NCBI RefSeq assembly: GCF_029258315.1
Contig: NZ_JARHZE010000041.1
Location: forward strand, 1 to 59,160
Direction of reading: 5' to 3'
DNA length: 59,160 nt
DNA from: Fusobacterium sp.
GTDB taxonomy: Bacteria > Fusobacteriota > Fusobacteriia > Fusobacteriales > Fusobacteriaceae
Below, piece by piece: positions 53,531-59,160 of the stretch; within the stretch, counting starts at the first letter, position 1; the number at the start of each line of letters is the position of its first letter. The notes below the pieces were generated by a model. It ran no database searches. It had not been told where the DNA came from and was given only the letters and a program-made list of their open reading frames with translations. The translations under genes and the position numbers were made by a program.

Positions 53531-54253
53531 TTATTCAGAATCGTTTTCAGAATTTTTAATTTCTTTTCTATATAAATGATATTGAACTAAATTGTAAATA
53601 ATATAATAGAAAGAAATCACAAACATACTATATTTTAAAGTTATCAAAACACCGATAATGAAAGGTACCATAAATTTTTTAGGAACTTTAAATACCTTAT
53701 CTGGTGTAAGGAATGGAATAGTTGATACCATAAGAATAGCAGCTATTATAGTTATGGAAATAAATACTTCAATATTTAAAAACTGATAGTCAAAATGCTT
53801 TCCTAGTGAATCACAGATAAGTAAGTAAGATATTACAGAACCAGCTCCGTTAGGGATAGGCATTCCACTAAAGTCATCTTTTTTGTCAGAAGCAACAGTA
53901 ACAACATTAAATTTTACAAGTCTCATTACTCCACATAGAGCATAGATAAATGCTACTGGGATTGCCATTGTTGCAAATTTTGCTGATTCAGAAAGTATAG
54001 AATAAACTAAAATACTAGGTGCTATTCCAAAAGAAATTGCATCTGAGAAAGAATCGAATTCTTTACCAAACTCACTAAAAGCATCGAATTTTCTAGCAGC
54101 TTTTCCATCTAATCCATCACAAACCATAGCTAAGAAGATAAACCAAATAGCGTGAGTATAGTTTGATCTAATTGATGCTGTAATACTTAGATAACCAAGA
54201 AGCATATTTGCTGCTGTAATTCCATTAGGTGCTAGATATTTTTTTTCAACCAT
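53531..54253 (-). CDS. pssA: CDP-diacylglycerol--serine O-phosphatidyltransferase
   Basis: 'PNGIT', CDP-OH motif 'DGLDGKAAR...S.FGKEFDSFSDAISFG.AP', 'RLVKFN', 'F.GMP.P'. Confidence 0.92.
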   Translation of the reverse strand: MVEKKYLAPNGITAANMLLGYLSITASIRSNYTHAIWFIFLAMVCDGLDGKAARKFDAFSEFGKEFDSFSDAISFGIAPSILVYSILSESAKFATMAIPVAFIYALCGVMRLVKFNVVTVASDKKDDFSGMPIPNGAGSVISYLLICDSLGKHFDYQFLNIEVFISITIIAAILMVSTIPFLTPDKVFKVPKKFMVPFIIGVLITLKYSMFVISFYYIIYNLVQYHLYRKEIKNSENDSE

Positions 54254-54439
54254 TATAAATCACTTCCAATTCTTTTAAGTTTAGATATTACATTATATTT
54301 TAACATATAACTTTATTTTTTTCAATTTTTTTTGAATATTCAAGAAAAAATATAAAAAAATTGTGTCTAAATAAAATAAATTTTTGGGGATTCTCAACTT
54401 CTATGTTATAATTTAGAAGGGGAGATACAAGAAGGAGGA

Positions 54440-55753
54440 ATGCTAATGAAAAAAGTAGTAAATGGATTGATGTTTATTGTAATTTTAATAGGAGTAGTAA
54501 TTTTTGGATTAAAAGATATAGCGATTCAAAAAGTTTTAGAAAAAGAATTATCAGCATCACTTGAAAGTAAAGTAAGAATATATGGAGTTGATTATTATAT
54601 TTTTAAAGAGAAATTAGAACTTAAAGGGATAGGGATAGAAAATAAAGATGATACTTCTTTAGATGCAATATATATTAATAGAGTAACAACAAATATAAAA
54701 TTAAAGGATATATTTAATAAAAAAATATCTTTACAAAATTTAGAGATAAAAGATATAGAGATAGATAAAAAAACAAAGAGAAAAAATACAAATATTTCAA
54801 ATCAACAAGTTGAAGAAACTGCAATGGTAGTAAATGAAAGAAAAATAAGTCAAGAGGATATGCAAAGAATAAGCCAAAGTTTAGTAAATGATTATCAAAA
54901 CTTTTTACAAAATTTAGGTAGTGATAATATAGAAAAAAATAAAAGAATAAAATCTATATTTATCGGAGCAACTATACCTATGCTTGATAAATATATAGAT
55001 TATAAACTTTCAGATATAGCCACTGGATATATGAATGATATTGTAAAAAAATATGACTCAATGAAAAATAACTTTAAAGAAACACAAAGTAATATGAAAG
55101 AAGATGACTGGGTAGTTGAAATTTCTGATTTAACAGTAAAAACTGGATTATTAGGAAGAAAATTAGAGGGAGTAGTTAAAGGAATTACAACTGATAAGGT
55201 AAAAATGAATAAAGATATTCCTTTTAAATTAACTTCTGTTGCTGGAGAGGAAAATAGTTTAATAGAGGGAGTTTTAAATATAGCAACATTTAAAGGTGAA
55301 ATTGATGCAAAATTTGAAAATGTTGATGTAAATAGTTTTATGGAGATAAAAGATTTAATCTCTGCTAAAGCAAACCTTGTACAAAAAATAGTTCTTGATG
55401 AGGAAAAAATAAGTGTTATAGGTAGATTGGATATTCCTCAAATGGATATTAATAAAGAAAATGTATCAGAGTATTTCTTAAAAGATAGAGATGCTTTAAA
55501 TGTAATAGTTGGAGATGCAAATGAACCAATAAGAGATTTAAAAGTTGAATATAATTATAATCCAAGTTTTAACAGGGTATTTGTAAATAGTAATATAGCT
55601 AAAAAAGTGGCTCTTTATTTAGGAGAGGACTCAAGTGAGTTTGAAAAAATGAAAAATGATTTTAAAGATAAATATGGAGAGAAGATCAATCAGAAAAAAG
55701 AAGAGTTAAAATATAAATTAGAAGAATTTATAAATGTTTTTAAAAAGAACTAA
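54440..55753 (+). CDS. Membrane-anchored hypothetical protein (AsmA-like N-terminus possible)
   Basis: N-terminal TM then beta-rich segments; SD AGGAGG. Confidence 0.55.
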   Translation: MLMKKVVNGLMFIVILIGVVIFGLKDIAIQKVLEKELSASLESKVRIYGVDYYIFKEKLELKGIGIENKDDTSLDAIYINRVTTNIKLKDIFNKKISLQNLEIKDIEIDKKTKRKNTNISNQQVEETAMVVNERKISQEDMQRISQSLVNDYQNFLQNLGSDNIEKNKRIKSIFIGATIPMLDKYIDYKLSDIATGYMNDIVKKYDSMKNNFKETQSNMKEDDWVVEISDLTVKTGLLGRKLEGVVKGITTDKVKMNKDIPFKLTSVAGEENSLIEGVLNIATFKGEIDAKFENVDVNSFMEIKDLISAKANLVQKIVLDEEKISVIGRLDIPQMDINKENVSEYFLKDRDALNVIVGDANEPIRDLKVEYNYNPSFNRVFVNSNIAKKVALYLGEDSSEFEKMKNDFKDKYGEKINQKKEELKYKLEEFINVFKKN

Positions 55754-55776
55754 ACTAGCAGGGCAAGGAGAAAGAG

Positions 55777-56562
55777 ATGTATATAGTTTTTGATGTTGGA
55801 AATACCAATATAGTAACAAGTATTTTAGATGGAGATGGAATGGTTCAAGAAACTTTTAGAAATAGAACCAATGACCGTATGACAGAAGATGAGTTTATGG
55901 GATTTTTTAAAAGTATGATGGATATTCATAATATAGAAGTTAAGGATATTCAAGGGATAATGATTTCATCAGTTGTACCAGTTATAACAACAATGTTACA
56001 GAGATTTGCAAAAAAATATTTTAATTTAGATGCTTTTGTTGTAAATATTAAAAAGAAAGTTCCTTTTAAATTTAAAAGAGGAGTTGATGGCTCAAATATG
56101 GGAGCTGATAGAATAATAAATATAGTACAAGCATTGAAAGAGTATCCAGATAAAAATTTAGTTATTTTTGACTTTGGTACAGCAACAACATATGAGGTGC
56201 TAAAAAAAGAGGTCTATATAGGTGGAGGAATATTTCCAGGACCAAGAACTTATATAAATTCACTTTTTGGAACAACTGCAAGACTTCCTAAAGTGGAGTT
56301 TGATGAAAAAAATACTGTACTTGGAAAAAATACAGTTGATGGAATACAAGCTGCCACTTTTAATGGATATATAGGACAGGTAAAATATCTTATCCAAAAA
56401 ATAAAAGAGGAAGTTGGGGAAGATTGCTTTGTAATAGCCACAGGTGGATATAGTAAGATTATAGGAGAACATGTAGAAGAGATTGACAAGTGCAGTTCAA
56501 AATTAAGTATAAGAGGTATATACACTCTTTATAAGATGAATAAAAGTAAGAAAGAGAGCTAG
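55777..56562 (+). CDS. coaX: Type III pantothenate kinase
   Basis: 'DVGNTN', 'SSVVP', 'GADR', 'DFGTATT', 'GGGI.PG', 'ATGG'. Confidence 0.96.
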   Translation: MYIVFDVGNTNIVTSILDGDGMVQETFRNRTNDRMTEDEFMGFFKSMMDIHNIEVKDIQGIMISSVVPVITTMLQRFAKKYFNLDAFVVNIKKKVPFKFKRGVDGSNMGADRIINIVQALKEYPDKNLVIFDFGTATTYEVLKKEVYIGGGIFPGPRTYINSLFGTTARLPKVEFDEKNTVLGKNTVDGIQAATFNGYIGQVKYLIQKIKEEVGEDCFVIATGGYSKIIGEHVEEIDKCSSKLSIRGIYTLYKMNKSKKES

Positions 56563-56590
56563 AGGGGAAAACCCTTTAGCTTTTTATTTT
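56558..56590 (+). terminator. coaX terminator
   Basis: GCTAGAGGG/CCCTTTAGC plus T-run. Confidence 0.75.
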
Positions 56591-56724
56591 GATTTAAGCT
56601 TAAAAAATATTTTATTAAATATTTATAAAATTTCTATTTATAAAGGGTAGAGTTGATTTTTATAAAAAAAATGTTATAATTAATAATATAAATATTTATA
56701 AATTTTATTTTCTTAGGAGGTCAA

Positions 56725-57612
56725 ATGAAAAAAGTTAAATTTATATATAATCCTTTTTCAGGAGAGAAAGAGATCCTAAAATATTTAGATTATATTATTC
56801 ATGCTTATCAGAAAAAAGGTTTTGTGATAATTCCTTATAGACTTTCTTTTGATTCTGATATAACAAATATATTTGATGATATAGATGAAACTTATGATCA
56901 TATATTAGCATCTGGTGGAGATGGAACTATAAACCAGATAGTAAATCTTATGAAAGAGTTAAATATAGATTTACCGATAGGGGTTATCCCTGGAGGAACG
57001 GCCAATGATTTTGCACATTTAATAGGTATGCCTCAAAGCATCAGATACTCAATTGATATGATACTAAATAGTGAACCATCAACAATAGATTTAGGAAAAG
57101 CCAATGGAAAATATTTTATAAATATATTTAGTTGTGGACTTTTTACAGATGTTTCACAGAAAACACCTACAGAGTATAAAAATACTTTTGGAAAATTAGC
57201 ATATTATTTTACAGGTATAAAAGAGTTGCCTAAATTTAAAATGTTGGATTTAAAAATAAAAACAAAGGATTTTGTTTATGAAGGTTCATCAATAATATTT
57301 TTCGTTTTCAATGGAAGAACAGCTGGAAATCTAAGACTTGCTCACGATTCAACAGTGGATGATGGATTATTGGATATATTGATAATACCAGGGGATAATT
57401 TTTTAGAAAAATTGTCAATTCTTCCTCATCTTTTAACTAAAAATCCAGTGTCTTATCCAAAAGGGATAATTCATTTTAAGGCTGATGAGATAGAGATAGA
57501 TGTAAAAAATCCTGATGAATATGTAACAGATGTAGATGGAGAAGAAGGTCCTAAGTTCCCAATAAAAATAACTTGTGAAAAAAATAGTTTAAAAGTATTA
57601 GGTTGGGTGTAA
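56725..57612 (+). CDS. YegS/DAGK family lipid kinase
   Basis: 'NPFSG', 'GGDGT', 'GTANDFA', 'DDGLLD', 'DGE'. Confidence 0.93.
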   Translation: MKKVKFIYNPFSGEKEILKYLDYIIHAYQKKGFVIIPYRLSFDSDITNIFDDIDETYDHILASGGDGTINQIVNLMKELNIDLPIGVIPGGTANDFAHLIGMPQSIRYSIDMILNSEPSTIDLGKANGKYFINIFSCGLFTDVSQKTPTEYKNTFGKLAYYFTGIKELPKFKMLDLKIKTKDFVYEGSSIIFFVFNGRTAGNLRLAHDSTVDDGLLDILIIPGDNFLEKLSILPHLLTKNPVSYPKGIIHFKADEIEIDVKNPDEYVTDVDGEEGPKFPIKITCEKNSLKVLGWV

Positions 57613-57636
57613 TATAAAGATTTACTTGGAGGAAAA

Positions 57637-57915
57637 ATGAGAAAATTAAAAAACTTTAAAAAAACAGATAAGATACCACCTTATTTAGATAATGAAAAAT
57701 TAATATTTGCAGGATTTTATAAAAAATATTCTTGTATCTGTTCGTTGGAAGAGGGAAGAAAATTTGTATCTGTTTCAGCAGAAAAAGGTGATGTTAAATT
57801 AACAGAGTTTGAAATGGAAGAGATAACTAACCATTTTGAAATGAAAGAATATGATACTTGGGAGATAAAATCACCATTTAGAGAGGGAAAAACAAGATAT
57901 TTTAAAGAAAAATAA
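57637..57915 (+). CDS. Hypothetical protein (92 aa)
   Basis: SD GGAGG, followed by a terminator. Confidence 0.7.
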   Translation: MRKLKNFKKTDKIPPYLDNEKLIFAGFYKKYSCICSLEEGRKFVSVSAEKGDVKLTEFEMEEITNHFEMKEYDTWEIKSPFREGKTRYFKEK

Positions 57916-57928
57916 AATATAAAAATAA

Positions 57929-57963
57929 AAAAGCTAAAGAGAACAAAAACTCTTTAGCTTTTT
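57929..57963. terminator. Bidirectional terminator
   Basis: AAAAAGCTAAAGAG/CTCTTTAGCTTTTT. Confidence 0.75.
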
Positions 57964-58076
57964 GTGTATTTATAGAAAATTAAATTTCAATTTACAAAAG
58001 AATAATTTGATAATTTTTAGAGTAGTTAAAAAAATTAATTTTTTATACTATCTCTGTGAATGTGCTTAAGCCTCTT

Positions 58077-58244
58077 TTATTTTTTTAAAACAATCTTTAT
58101 GGCTTCTTCAACTGTCATTTTTCCTTCTGCTACACTCATTAGAAATTCTATATCTTCTTCTGTAAAAACATGCCCTTCTAGTTCGTTGGTATGAATTGCA
58201 TATTCCATAAGTTCTTTATTTCTTTCTATATCTTTTTTAGTCGT
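58077..58244 (-). CDS. VbhA-like Fic antitoxin (55 aa from ACG, or 43 aa from ATG 58208); not in ORF track
   Basis: (M)TKKDIERNKELMEYAIHTNELEGHVFTEEDIEFLMSVAEGKMTVEEAIKIVLKK contains (S/T)xxxEG = TNELEG; SD GGAG 7 nt before ACG. Confidence 0.7.
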   Translation of the reverse strand, partial: TTKKDIERNKELMEYAIHTNELEGHVFTEEDIEFLMSVAEGKMTVEEAIKIVLKK

Positions 58245-58307
58245 CTTATCACTCCAAACAATATATTTTCTTTAGTATATTGTACCATAAATAAAAGTTA
58301 AAAGAAT

Positions 58308-58335
58308 AAAAAAAACGAGTGATTTAATCACTCGT
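58308..58335 (-). terminator. tRNA-Leu terminator
   Basis: ACGAGTGATT/AATCACTCGT stem with A-run on the plus strand. Confidence 0.8.
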
Positions 58336-58348
58336 CAATATTTTTAAG

Positions 58349-58437
58349 TGGTGCCTAGAGCCGGAATCGAACCGGCACGGTATCAAGATACCACAGGATT
58401 TTAAGTCCTGTGCGTCTACCTGTTCCGCCATCCAGGC
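58349..58437 (-). tRNA. tRNA-Leu, anticodon TAA
   Basis: GCCTGGA...TCTAGGC-A-CCA acceptor; CAGGA-CT-TAA-AA-TCCTG anticodon arm; long variable arm; GGTTCGATTCC T-loop. Confidence 0.97.
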
Positions 58438-58485
58438 ATTCTTAAGTTCGTTGATTTTGTTTTCATCTCCCTCAAGACAAGAATA

Positions 58486-58514
58486 ATAATATCATATTTT
58501 CTTTAATGTGTCAA
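58486..58514 (-). promoter_or_regulatory. tRNA promoter
   Basis: TTGACA-17 nt-TATTAT on the minus strand. Confidence 0.75.
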
Positions 58515-58651
58515 CAAAAAAATAAAATAAAAAAATAAAAATTGAATTTTTCTTTTATTTCCAACACTTTTGATTTTTTAAAATTATACTTGCTTTATAA
58601 AAGAAAAGATAATATAATTATGTAACATTTTAATTTTTATAGGAGGTTAGT

Positions 58652-59160
58652 ATGTTTTCTAGAAGAACTTATGAAAAAAGAAGAGAAGTTTTAAAAAATA
58701 AATTTGAAAAAGGAGTTATTTTAATTTGTGGAAATAGCCTATCACCATCAAGTTATCTAGATAATACCTTTCCTTTTATACAAGATTCAACTTTTCTTTA
58801 TTATTTTGGATTAAATAAGGAAAATTTAATGGGTGTAATCGATATAGATAAAGATGAAGAGATAATATTTGGAGATGAACTTACAATTGATGATATAATT
58901 TGGAGTGGACAGCAACTTACTTTGGAAGATCAATGTAAATTAGTAGGAGTAGAAAATAATTTTTCCTATGAAGAGGCTGGAAAATATATAAAAGATGCAA
59001 GAAATTCTGGAAGAGAGATCCATTTTGTTAATCAATATTTACCAGATAATATTTTAAGAATATCAGAATGGCTTGATATAAAACCAAAGGAAGTAAATAA
59101 ATTTGCCTCTGAAAAGTTAGGTTATGCTGTGGCAGAACAAAGAAATATAAAAACACCAGA
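58652..59160 (+). CDS. pepP: Xaa-Pro aminopeptidase N-terminus (3' truncated); not in ORF track
   Basis: SD AGGAGG; MFSRRTYEKRREVLK...FPFIQDSTFLYYFGL...DDIIWSG, an AMP_N-type signature; frame open to the window end. Confidence 0.85.
   Translation, partial: MFSRRTYEKRREVLKNKFEKGVILICGNSLSPSSYLDNTFPFIQDSTFLYYFGLNKENLMGVIDIDKDEEIIFGDELTIDDIIWSGQQLTLEDQCKLVGVENNFSYEEAGKYIKDARNSGREIHFVNQYLPDNILRISEWLDIKPKEVNKFASEKLGYAVAEQRNIKTP

Overview
Very AT-rich bacterial chromosome segment. Gene content and protein style suggest Fusobacteriaceae, Cetobacterium/Fusobacterium-like (inference). It is mostly housekeeping: pbpC 3' end, brnQ, mtnN, CIRCE-groESL, a peptide/nickel ABC operon, ltaE, two polar amino-acid ABC systems, ylxM-ffh-rpsP, tex, ileS-lspA-glyQS, ung, mutL-rlmH, lysS, recJ, a ClC channel, cutC, pssA, coaX, tRNA-Leu(TAA) and the pepP 5' end. 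No transposase, CRISPR array, rRNA or prophage was seen. The most notable elements are missing from the ORF track. (1) A ~350-nt nested, highly base-paired non-coding element (8132-8480) sits beside a plasmid-type ParA module and separates a perfect AGGAGG from the ATG of the ABC binding-protein gene. (2) A HesB/CC-Se-like gene with an in-frame UGA in a UxxC motif lies at 33360-33665 (-). (3) An Arg-codon leader peptide with terminator hairpins precedes an amino-acid ABC transporter. (4) A 48-bp IS3-type double-IR mini-element is inserted in a terminator loop. (5) An orphan VbhA-like Fic antitoxin with an apparent ACG start lies next to tRNA-Leu. (6) mutL has an apparent ATA start, and there is a His-less sensor kinase, a TruA-KH fusion and a 30-aa membrane peptide. 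All structure calls were made by eye, and AT richness inflates chance complementarity.
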